This document shows positions 16,159 through 24,309 of a stretch of DNA of 64,000 bases, in pieces (the stretch's first letter is position 1; the number at the start of each line of letters is the position of its first letter). Both the position numbers and the translations under genes were made by a program. This DNA comes from an uncultured Anaerolineae bacterium (GTDB lineage Bacteria > Chloroflexota > Anaerolineae > Fen-1058): assembly GCA_964651475.1 (NCBI GenBank), contig CAZYXV010000018.1, forward strand, positions 11,474 to 75,473, written 5' to 3'. The notes under the pieces were generated by a model, which was given only the letters and a program-made list of their open reading frames with translations, was not told where the DNA came from and searched no databases.

Positions 16159-17649
16159 ATGAACATGATCGGGATACTTGCTCGACCTGAACGCCGGGCG
16201 CAGGCGCGCCGCTGGCTCGACGAATCGCTCGTCCTCACCCGCCGCGAATTGCGCGACACGCTGCGCGATTGGCGCATCACCATCCCCATCGTACTGCTCA
16301 CCTTGATTTTTCCTGTCTTGATGCACGTCACCGCCGGGCTGGCGGTTGACTTTGTGCGCCGCTACGGCGGCTCGTCGCTCATCAGCGAGCGCACATTTCC
16401 ATTCCTGTTGATGGTGGTTGGGTTCTTTCCACTGTCGTTCTCATTGGTCATCGCCCTGGAAGCCTTTGTAGGCGAAAAAGAGCGCAAGAGTCTGGAACCG
16501 CTGCTGGCCACGCCGCTGACCGATGGGCAATTGTATTTTGCCAAAATGCTGGCCTCGCTCATCCCAACTGTGATGGGGAGCTATCTGGGCATTGTCGTCT
16601 ACCTGACCTTCATGTCTATCTTTAGAGGCTGGCGCCCTCCATTCGAGTTCATGACTATCGTTATCTCGCTGACCACGGCCAAGGCCATCGTGATGGTATC
16701 GGGCGCGGTCGTCGTCTCTTCTCAAACCACCAGCGTGCGCGCGGCCAACTTGTTGGCCAGTTTTATCATCATCCCCATGACGCTGCTGGTGCAAGCCGAA
16801 AGCATGATCATGTTTTGGGCCAATTACAGCGTGCTGTGGTGGATTGTTGTGCTGTTGATTGTGGTAGATGTGCTGCTGGTGCGCATGGGTATGCAGTTGT
16901 TTGATCGCGAGGAATTGCTGGGACGCGAGATTGACGAAATGAACCTCGGGATGCTGTGGCGCACGTTTGTCCGCTTTTGGACGCGCGTTGACGCGCACGG
17001 CCCGAGCGAGCCTGTGACGTTAGGACGCATGTATCGCCGGGACCTCCCCGTCATTTGGCGCCATCTGCGCCTGCCCACGGCGATTGTGACGTTCGCTTTG
17101 CTGGCGGCTATCATCGGCGGCGCGCTGGTCGCGCCCCGCTTCCCACTCCCCCACTCAATCTTTAATCCGTCCACCCTTTCCTTCGAGTCGCTTCAAAAAC
17201 TGCCCACCGGTTTCTTGCCCACCTTTACCGGGTGGATTCTTTTTCACAACCTGCGCGCGCTGTTGGCCGGCGCGCTCCTGGCCATCTTTTCATTTGGTTC
17301 AATCGCCGTCGTGCTCTTGATGGCGCCGATGGGCGTGATTGGCTTTGCCGCAGCCCAGTTCGCCGGTTGGGGCTATAGTCCGTGGATCTTTTTGGCGACC
17401 TTTATCTTGCCGCACGGCCTGTTTGAACTGCCCGCCGCCGTCCTCATCACGGCGGCCGCCTTGCGCCTGGGGGCCACCGTCATCAGCCCGCGCCAGGCCG
17501 GGATGACCATCGGCGAAAGTTGGCTGTCGGCGTTCGCAGACATGGTCAAAATTTTTATATTTGTCACACTGCCGATGTTGATCGTCGCCGCCATTATCGA
17601 GGCCAATGTAACCCCTCAAATTGTGATCTTGGCGTATGGGGTCAAATGA
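16159..17649 (+). CDS. ABC-2-type permease fused to a C-terminal SpoIIM (stage II sporulation protein M)-like domain
   Basis: N-half GEKERKSLEPLLATPL plus TM helices; C-half ILFHNLR...ILPHGLFELPA...IAAIIEANVT, typical of SpoIIM. Confidence 0.75.
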   Translation: MNMIGILARPERRAQARRWLDESLVLTRRELRDTLRDWRITIPIVLLTLIFPVLMHVTAGLAVDFVRRYGGSSLISERTFPFLLMVVGFFPLSFSLVIALEAFVGEKERKSLEPLLATPLTDGQLYFAKMLASLIPTVMGSYLGIVVYLTFMSIFRGWRPPFEFMTIVISLTTAKAIVMVSGAVVVSSQTTSVRAANLLASFIIIPMTLLVQAESMIMFWANYSVLWWIVVLLIVVDVLLVRMGMQLFDREELLGREIDEMNLGMLWRTFVRFWTRVDAHGPSEPVTLGRMYRRDLPVIWRHLRLPTAIVTFALLAAIIGGALVAPRFPLPHSIFNPSTLSFESLQKLPTGFLPTFTGWILFHNLRALLAGALLAIFSFGSIAVVLLMAPMGVIGFAAAQFAGWGYSPWIFLATFILPHGLFELPAAVLITAAALRLGATVISPRQAGMTIGESWLSAFADMVKIFIFVTLPMLIVAAIIEANVTPQIVILAYGVK

Positions 17650-18398
17650 CAAACCGGCTGATCCTCTTGGGTACCGCGGCCGCAGTGCCCGATCCCGCCC
17701 ACGAAACCGTCTACATGGCGATAGACAGCCCCGGCGGCGCCGTGCTGATTGACTGCGCCGGCAGCCCGCTGATTCGCCTGCAACAGGCTGGGATAGAACC
17801 GGCGCGGCTGCGCGCCGTCGTCATCACGCACTTCCACCCCGACCACGTCTACGGACTGCCGCTCTTGCTTCTGGACTTGTGGCTCACAGGGCGGCGCGAG
17901 AGATTGCCCATCATCGGCTTGCGCCACGCCCTCGAGCGCACCCGCGCCATGATGGAGCTGTACGAGTGGCAAACGTGGAATGGATTTTACCCTGTGGATT
18001 TCATCGAGGTAATGCCGGAGCAAGACGCCCCCATCCTGGAAACTGACGATCTAATCCTGTACGCCGCCCCGGTCCGGCACATCATCCCCTGCATCGCGGT
18101 CAAGATGGTGTCTCAACACACCGGCGCATCAATCGTCTATACCAGCGATACCGAACCCTGCCAATCTATCCCGCGCCTGGCGCAAAAAGCCGGCGTGCTC
18201 ATTCACGAGGCTACCGGCGCGTTTCCAGGACATTCCACCCCTACTATGGCAGGAGCGATGGCGCGCCAGGCTCAAGTTGACCGCCTCATCCTGATTCATT
18301 ACCCAAGTGACGCTCCCCCGGCGTGGCTGGCTCAGGCGCGCCAATCGTTCGATGGCCCAATCGAATTGGCCCAAGACTTTCAGGTCATCAAGTTTTAG
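17646..18398 (+). CDS. MBL-fold hydrolase, RNase Z/AtsA-like (short form)
   Basis: LLGTAAAVP, LIDCAG, THFHPDH (HxHxDH), YTSDT, IHEAT, HST, ILIH; start overlaps the upstream stop (ATGA). Confidence 0.8.
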   Translation: MTNRLILLGTAAAVPDPAHETVYMAIDSPGGAVLIDCAGSPLIRLQQAGIEPARLRAVVITHFHPDHVYGLPLLLLDLWLTGRRERLPIIGLRHALERTRAMMELYEWQTWNGFYPVDFIEVMPEQDAPILETDDLILYAAPVRHIIPCIAVKMVSQHTGASIVYTSDTEPCQSIPRLAQKAGVLIHEATGAFPGHSTPTMAGAMARQAQVDRLILIHYPSDAPPAWLAQARQSFDGPIELAQDFQVIKF

Positions 18399-18516
18399 AC
18401 GCTCACGGCAAAAGCCGCACTTCCACACCGGTCATACAACTGAAACGCATTTGTAACGGGGTTGTTGTTGCAACAGCCCAGAAACCAATGTACAATCAAA
18501 GCTAATATCGAAGGAA

Positions 18517-19326
18517 ATGTCTGGCAAAATGGATCGTGTCGTAATATCGTGCAAACAACTTGACGAGCTGCCTCCCATTCTGGCGCTGGCTAACTCGCAC
18601 AGCATTGGGCTGGAACTTCAGGAATTTAGCAATGTCCCCGATTTACTCGATGGAGAGTGGCGTGAACAAGTCAAACGCTATCGCCGCGTCATGGGGAGCT
18701 TTGCGGGCGAGTTGGCGATCCACGGGTCCTTTATGGACATGTTCCCCGGCAGCCCTGACCGGCGTGTAGCCGCGCTGGCGCGCGAACGCTTTCACACCAA
18801 CTTGTTGATCGCCGCCGAGTTAGGCGCCGGCATCGCCAATTTCCACGTCAATTACATGCCGCAGATTGACGACCCCGCTTACTTGCCCGGCTGGATTGAA
18901 CGCCAAATCGCGTTCTGGCGCAGCATGGCCACAGAAGCCGAACCATTGGGAGTGAGGATGGTGCTGGAAAACATGTGGGAACCTGACCCCGCCCTCATTG
19001 AACGCATCGTAAAAGCCGTAGATTCTCCCTTTGTGCGTTCTTGCATTGACGTAGGGCACGCACAGTTATACTCCACACTCCCCCTGGCCGAGTGGATTGC
19101 GGCGCTTCAGCCATATCTGACCTACGTGCACCTGCACAACACGGATGGGCAAAAAGATAATCACCTGCCTTTTGATACTGGCGTGCTAGACATGCACCAC
19201 GTGCTCAATCAACTGCGCGCCCTGCCCCATCCCCCCATCTTTTGTATGGAATTGCCCGCCCTGGCAGATATCGAGGCCAGCCTGCCATTCCTCAATCTCA
19301 ATTCAGCGCGACAGAGCGCGCCCTGA
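18517..19326 (+). CDS. Sugar-phosphate isomerase/epimerase family TIM-barrel protein
   Basis: IHGSF, VLENMW, CIDVGH, YVHLHNTDG..DNHLP. Confidence 0.8.
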   Translation: MSGKMDRVVISCKQLDELPPILALANSHSIGLELQEFSNVPDLLDGEWREQVKRYRRVMGSFAGELAIHGSFMDMFPGSPDRRVAALARERFHTNLLIAAELGAGIANFHVNYMPQIDDPAYLPGWIERQIAFWRSMATEAEPLGVRMVLENMWEPDPALIERIVKAVDSPFVRSCIDVGHAQLYSTLPLAEWIAALQPYLTYVHLHNTDGQKDNHLPFDTGVLDMHHVLNQLRALPHPPIFCMELPALADIEASLPFLNLNSARQSAP

Positions 19327-19353
19327 CCTGGCAGGTCATTTCCCCAACGCTTT

Positions 19354-20025
19354 CTAACTTGGCCTGCCGTTGAGTATGTCCGATAGGCGGGGCTGTTGGC
19401 CGCTGCGGATGACAGCCAGCACTTCGTCGCCAGCCTGCAATTGCGTATCACCGCGCGGTACGACGACCTCGTCGCCGCGGATAATGGCGGCCAAAGTGCA
19501 ATCGGCTGGCAAATCCAACTCGCGCAAAGTCTTGCCAATCACGGGCGAAGTGAGTGGAATCTTTTCCTCGACCAACGCCACTTCACCCCGGCGCAGTTTG
19601 AGCACCGTCATCATGTCGCCCAAAGACATTTCTTCCTGGATCAGCCGTGCCATTAGCTCAGCCTGATTGATGGCCACATCCACCCCCATGGCAGATGTAA
19701 ACAGCCAGGCATTCTTGGGGCTGTTGACGCGAGCAATCGTGCGCGGCACCTGGAACCGGAAACGCGCCAGGTTGCAAATAGCCAGGTTCACCTCGTCGTC
19801 CCCTGTGACGGCTGCCACTACGTCGGCCGCCACAATGCCGGCATCAATCAACACCAGGGTATTGGTGCCATCACCCTGAATAATGGCTTCTGTAGCCAGT
19901 TCCTTGTGCAGCTTGGCAAGCACCGCAGGGCGGGCTTCGACGACTTTGACGCCCAACCCTTGTTGTAACAATAGTTGCGCCAGGTGCGCCCCGACCTTGC
20001 CCCCACCGACGATTAAAACAAACAT
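19354..20025 (-). CDS. trkA: TrkA/CeoC-like K+ uptake regulatory subunit (RCK_N + RCK_C)
   Basis: LIVGGGKVG, QGDGT, VTGDDEVN, IARVNSP, IGKTLRELDLP..IIRG. Confidence 0.9.
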   Translation of the reverse strand: MFVLIVGGGKVGAHLAQLLLQQGLGVKVVEARPAVLAKLHKELATEAIIQGDGTNTLVLIDAGIVAADVVAAVTGDDEVNLAICNLARFRFQVPRTIARVNSPKNAWLFTSAMGVDVAINQAELMARLIQEEMSLGDMMTVLKLRRGEVALVEEKIPLTSPVIGKTLRELDLPADCTLAAIIRGDEVVVPRGDTQLQAGDEVLAVIRSGQQPRLSDILNGRPS

Positions 20026-20026
20026 C

Positions 20027-20680
20027 CTACCCTCCCTGCCTCATCATCATCTCCAGCCGCCCCATAGCCGTCGTGGTCGCGCTCAGGCACAACAAATCAC
20101 CTTCTTCTAAACTGGTGTCGAGCGATGGAATGCAGGTGCGGCCTCCCCGCGTCAGGCCGACGACCGCCACCTCGCCCGTCACGAGCAAGCTGCTGATAGG
20201 ACGTGATGCCATGTGCGCCGCAATGTGCATTTCCAGCACGTGCACCTCGCCATTGCCCAGGCTGGCCAAATGGTTCAGTTTCCGAGAAGTGATTATTTGT
20301 TCGAGGCGAGACACTGTCCATATCGTGCTCGAAACCGTCTGGAATCCAGAATGTTCGTACAAGTCGGCTTTACGCGGATCGTATAGACGCGCTACCACGA
20401 GCGGCACTTTGAAATGGTCGTGCGCGGCGCGCGCCACGATCAGGTTAGCCGCGTCGTTGGGCAACACGACCGCCACGGCATCGGCAGTGTCAATCCCGGC
20501 CCGAGACAATACGTCGTGGTCAAAGCCAACGCCGGTGATCATCCGCCCCTGGAAAGTAAGCGCCAGGCGCTGGAAATTCTCGCTGTTTTGATCAATGATG
20601 ACGACCTGCTGCCCCTCCGCGTCGAGCCGCTCGGCCAATTCGGATCCCACTCTTCCACAACCTACAATAATAATCTTCAT
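20027..20680 (-). CDS. trkA: TrkA/CeoB-like K+ uptake regulatory subunit
   Basis: IIIVGCGRVG, GVGFDHDVL..AGI..ADA, VARLYDPRKA. Confidence 0.88.
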   Translation of the reverse strand: MKIIIVGCGRVGSELAERLDAEGQQVVIIDQNSENFQRLALTFQGRMITGVGFDHDVLSRAGIDTADAVAVVLPNDAANLIVARAAHDHFKVPLVVARLYDPRKADLYEHSGFQTVSSTIWTVSRLEQIITSRKLNHLASLGNGEVHVLEMHIAAHMASRPISSLLVTGEVAVVGLTRGGRTCIPSLDTSLEEGDLLCLSATTTAMGRLEMMMRQGG

Positions 20681-20692
20681 CGAACCCCACTC

Positions 20693-22531
20693 CTATTCTT
20701 GTAAGCGGTACGGTACATCAACGACAACGGTATTGCTGCGAAACAAAAACGCAACGTGGATCAAGAGCGCCGTCTGGTTATGGAGAAAGTTGTGCCACAT
20801 ACGCGCTGGCAAAAACTGGGGCAGCACAATCGTCACCACCTCGTCCAGGCGGCAGATGTCATCTATCTGGTTGACATATTCAATTAACGGCCCGATGGTC
20901 GAACGATAGGGCGAGGGCAGGACCTTGAGGCGCATACCGTCACTCCACTGTTCCCAGCGGGCCATCAACTGCGCCGTTTCGTTGGGGTCTACCTCTACAT
21001 ACACCGCCGTGACATCGTCAGAAATGGAACGGGCGTATTCCAACGCATGCAACACACCGCGGTGCAGTCCCCCCACCGGCACGATGACCCGGTGGCGGTG
21101 CACACGCGGCTGTGGGGACGCCACCTCCAACGAAAGCTGCCGGCCCACAGCGCTATAGTGGCGATAAATGGATTGGAACATGCCCACAAAAAGAGGGATG
21201 AGCAAAATAACAGCCCACGCCCCGTAAATGAACTTGGTTGCTGCGATGACGAGCAATACAACACCGGTGGCAACTGCCCCCAGACCGTTAATGGCCGCTT
21301 TAATCTGCCAGTGATCGCCTCGCTTTCGCCACCAACGCGCAACCATACCCATTTGCGATAGGGTGAACGATAAAAAGACGCCTACAGCATACAACGGGAT
21401 CAGGCGGGTGGTACTGCCGCCAAACGCGATCACCAGCGCCGACGACAACAGGCCCAACAAAATGATGCCGTTTGAATAGACCAGCCGGTCGCCCAGATTG
21501 AGAAACTGGCGCGGCATGTACCGGTCGCGCGCCAGGATAGAAGATAGCCTCGGGAAATCGGCAAAAGACGTATTCGCTGCCAGCGACAGGATGAGAGCCG
21601 TAGCGGCTTGCGCCAAGAAATATAATGGCGTGTCGCTGCCGAAAATTCGGCGCGCCAGGAGCGACACCACCGTCTCGTGCGTCGCTTCATCCGGCACAAT
21701 GCCATACTGGTGCGATAAAAACGTAATGCCCAAAAACATGGTGATGAGCAGCGTTGCCATAGCAATCAGTGTCTTGCCGGCGTTGACAGGCTCGGGCGGC
21801 TTGAAGGCTGGAATGCCATTGCTGATCGCCTCCACGCCCGTCAAGGCCGTGCAGCCGGACGAAAACGCACGCAAAATCAAAAACAAGCTCAAGCTCTGAA
21901 GCGGAACGGATCCTACGTGCGGCTCAACCGCCGACGGCATGCCAGCCATAACCCACTTGAACAAGCCAACCCCAATCATGGATAAAAAGGTCAAGACAAA
22001 CAAATAAGTCGGCACGGCAAAGATTGAGCCGGACTCGCGCACGCCGCGCAGATTGGCTATGGTGATAAACGCAATAAATGCCAATGCAATGAGCACTGTG
22101 TATGAGTGCAAAATCGGAAAGGCAGACGTAATCGCCGCCACGCCCGCCGAGATGCTCACCGCCACCGTTAGCACGTAATCCGTCAGCAAAGCGGCCGCCG
22201 CCACCAAACCCGGCAATACCCCCAGGTTATCGTGCGAAACAATGTACGACCCGCCGCCGGACGGGTAAGCGTGGATCGTCTGGTAGTACGACGTGGCGAC
22301 AATCGCCAGCAGTGTGGCAATAACGAGCGCGATAGGCCACGCCAGCCCCACCGCTCCACTCCCCGCCAGGATCAAGATCAGCAAAATTTCTTCGGTGGCG
22401 TATGCCACCGAAGAAAGTGCATCCGACGAAAACACCGCTAACGCCTTGACCTTGGTCAGGCGTTCGTGGATCGCCTGAGACGTTGCCAGCGGATTGCCCA
22501 ACAAGATGCGCCGCAAACCCGATGTGTTCAC
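20693..22531 (-). CDS. APC-superfamily transporter, KimA/Rv2690c-like (probable K+ importer)
   Basis: AVFSSDALSSVAYA, AYPSGGGSY, GCTALTGVEAISNG, AANTSFADFP, LYAVGVF, C-terminal USP-like cytoplasmic domain ending LHNQTA...VDVPY; GTG start after GAAGGAG. Confidence 0.85.
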   Translation of the reverse strand: MNTSGLRRILLGNPLATSQAIHERLTKVKALAVFSSDALSSVAYATEEILLILILAGSGAVGLAWPIALVIATLLAIVATSYYQTIHAYPSGGGSYIVSHDNLGVLPGLVAAAALLTDYVLTVAVSISAGVAAITSAFPILHSYTVLIALAFIAFITIANLRGVRESGSIFAVPTYLFVLTFLSMIGVGLFKWVMAGMPSAVEPHVGSVPLQSLSLFLILRAFSSGCTALTGVEAISNGIPAFKPPEPVNAGKTLIAMATLLITMFLGITFLSHQYGIVPDEATHETVVSLLARRIFGSDTPLYFLAQAATALILSLAANTSFADFPRLSSILARDRYMPRQFLNLGDRLVYSNGIILLGLLSSALVIAFGGSTTRLIPLYAVGVFLSFTLSQMGMVARWWRKRGDHWQIKAAINGLGAVATGVVLLVIAATKFIYGAWAVILLIPLFVGMFQSIYRHYSAVGRQLSLEVASPQPRVHRHRVIVPVGGLHRGVLHALEYARSISDDVTAVYVEVDPNETAQLMARWEQWSDGMRLKVLPSPYRSTIGPLIEYVNQIDDICRLDEVVTIVLPQFLPARMWHNFLHNQTALLIHVAFLFRSNTVVVDVPYRLQE

Positions 22532-22619
22532 ACTTTCTCCTTCAAGTTTACTTTCTCCAGGCTGCAAGCCGGCAGGAAAGTAAATGATAACGCCGATAAC
22601 CTTGGCTCGACTGCAAATG

Positions 22620-22675
22620 AAAAGCCCACCCTCGCGAGGGCAGGCTAAGATACAACGCGCCGGCCAAACTAGCCT
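22620..22675 (-). promoter_or_regulatory. Leader attenuator: terminator with a competing 5' helix
   Basis: Terminator GCCTGCCCT-CGCG-AGGGTGGGC-TTTT; upstream AGGCTAG can pair with TTAGCCT, which overlaps the terminator's 5' arm. Confidence 0.6.
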
Positions 22676-22676
22676 C

Positions 22677-22705
22677 ATTTTAGCCGCGCATGGCCTGGCT
22701 GTCAA
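22677..22705 (-). promoter_or_regulatory. Sigma70 promoter of the K+ transport operon
   Basis: TTGACA-N17-TAAAAT. Confidence 0.75.
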
Positions 22706-22894
22706 GCAGGGGTGCCTACCCCTTCGCTACGGCTCCAGGGTGCTATGCAAAGCCATCGGGCTAATCGTGCACTAGGGTGGAACGCCTTCGGCTTATCCGC
22801 CCTGGAGCAGCCCGCCTTGGCGGGCTTGGCACTCTCAATCGCCCGGCGAGAGCCGCCCAAGCGCGAAAACGTGAACCGCACCCGTCAAGCTGGG

Positions 22895-24103
22895 TTATTT
22901 CTGCGCTTTGCCTTCCAGGTAACGCAAGATCGCCTCGGTTAAAATAGCCGCTCCAATTGGCAACGCGCGCTCGTCAATATCAAAGTGAGGCGAATGGCCG
23001 GGATATTGCGTGCTCTCGCCGCCCACCACGCCCAGCCCGAACATCGTCCCCCCTTCGCGCGCCTGGAGCGCCAGGATACCAAAATCCTCCGCCCCCATGC
23101 CAATTCGAGGCGGGTGCAAATTATCCGCGCCCAACACATCGCTTGCCACACCTCGTATCAACTCGGCCAGCGCCGGCGCGTCGTGCGCGACCGGATAACC
23201 GGGATCAATCCTCAACGCATAATCGCCACCCAAAGGCCGCGTGATAGCCAATGCCCGCTCCAATTCCTCCCGCAACCTGGCGCGCGTCGCCTCGTCGTGG
23301 CTGCGAATTGTGCCGCTCAACTCGACGCGCTCCGGGATCACGTTATCGGCCATGCCGCCGTGGATGCTGCCTACCGAAATCACCCCCGGTTTGAGCGGGT
23401 CAATCCGGCGGCTGATGATGGCATATAGAGCCGTGAGCACTTGCGCCGTGAGGTAAACCGGGTCCACTGTGCGATGAGGATACGCGCCGTGGCCGCCGTC
23501 GCCTTTGATGGCAGCGTAAAACGTATCCACCGAAGCCGAGATCAGGGCAGGGCCAACCTCAACTTCGCCTACCTTGCGGGCTGAATTGACGTGCAGAGAA
23601 AAAATGGCTTCCACGCCTTCCATGGCGCCATCTTCAATCATGCGGGTTGCGCCGCTCTTGTTCTCTTTATCGCTCACCTCCTCAGCCGGTTGAAACAAAA
23701 AACGCGCCTGGCCGGGCAAAGGCGCGCGCGCGTGTTCCTCGGCCAGCAAACGCGCCACACCCAGCAAGATGGCCGTATGCGCATCGTGGCCGCAAGCGTG
23801 CATCACGCCCGGCGTTTGCGATTTGTAGGGGACGTCGTTTTCTTCTTGCAACGGCAGCGCGTCCATGTCGGCGCGCAAGGCCACCACCACCTGACCGCTG
23901 CCCAAGCGTCCCACCACGCCTGTCTTGCCAACACCGCTCTGGGCAGCGATGCCCAGCCGCTGCAACGTGTCGGCCACCAGGGCCCCGGTGCGCACCTCTT
24001 GAAATCCCAACTCGGGATGCTGGTGAATCTCCCGGCGCGTGCGGGAGAGTTCGTCTTGTAAAGCCTGCGCGCGTTGATAAATGATGGTATGACGTGTGTT
24101 CAT
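22895..24103 (-). CDS. M20D family amidohydrolase
   Basis: HQHPELGFQE, LRADMDALP, MHACGHDAH, FQPAEE, GGHGAYPH, GAEDF, HSPHFDIDE. Confidence 0.92.
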   Translation of the reverse strand: MNTRHTIIYQRAQALQDELSRTRREIHQHPELGFQEVRTGALVADTLQRLGIAAQSGVGKTGVVGRLGSGQVVVALRADMDALPLQEENDVPYKSQTPGVMHACGHDAHTAILLGVARLLAEEHARAPLPGQARFLFQPAEEVSDKENKSGATRMIEDGAMEGVEAIFSLHVNSARKVGEVEVGPALISASVDTFYAAIKGDGGHGAYPHRTVDPVYLTAQVLTALYAIISRRIDPLKPGVISVGSIHGGMADNVIPERVELSGTIRSHDEATRARLREELERALAITRPLGGDYALRIDPGYPVAHDAPALAELIRGVASDVLGADNLHPPRIGMGAEDFGILALQAREGGTMFGLGVVGGESTQYPGHSPHFDIDERALPIGAAILTEAILRYLEGKAQK

Positions 24104-24203
24104 AGAGTCCTTTCTGGTTAATTTCTGCCAGAGTCATTGTAGCATGTTTTTGCCAGCGGCGTAAGCGGCGATTTGTGTTACAATAACGGCACAATACCTG
24201 GTT

Positions 24204-24300
24204 CTAGCAGGCTGTCGGAGAACCCCGCTCAGGCCGCCGTCCTCGGCGGCCCGCACGCGCCGGGGACGGCGCGTAGAGCGCCCCTCCGACAAGCTCCTAG
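24204..24300. mobile_element. MITE-like palindromic element (family A), CTAG-flanked
   Basis: CTAG-CAGGCTGTCGGAG...CTCCGACAAGCTC-CTAG with internal hairpins CCGCCGTCCTCGGCGG and GCGCCGGGGACGGCGC; near-identical copy at 35335..35424. Confidence 0.7.
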
Positions 24301-24309
24301 GGAGATTAG

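Noticed and set aside
22540-22890. c-di-AMP (ydaO/yuaA) riboswitch expected upstream of the kimA-like gene
   Set aside because: Diagnostic segments (GGGGGACC, GGGGUGAAUC, CCGUCAGCUAACC) are absent; recorded instead as an unrecognised attenuator.
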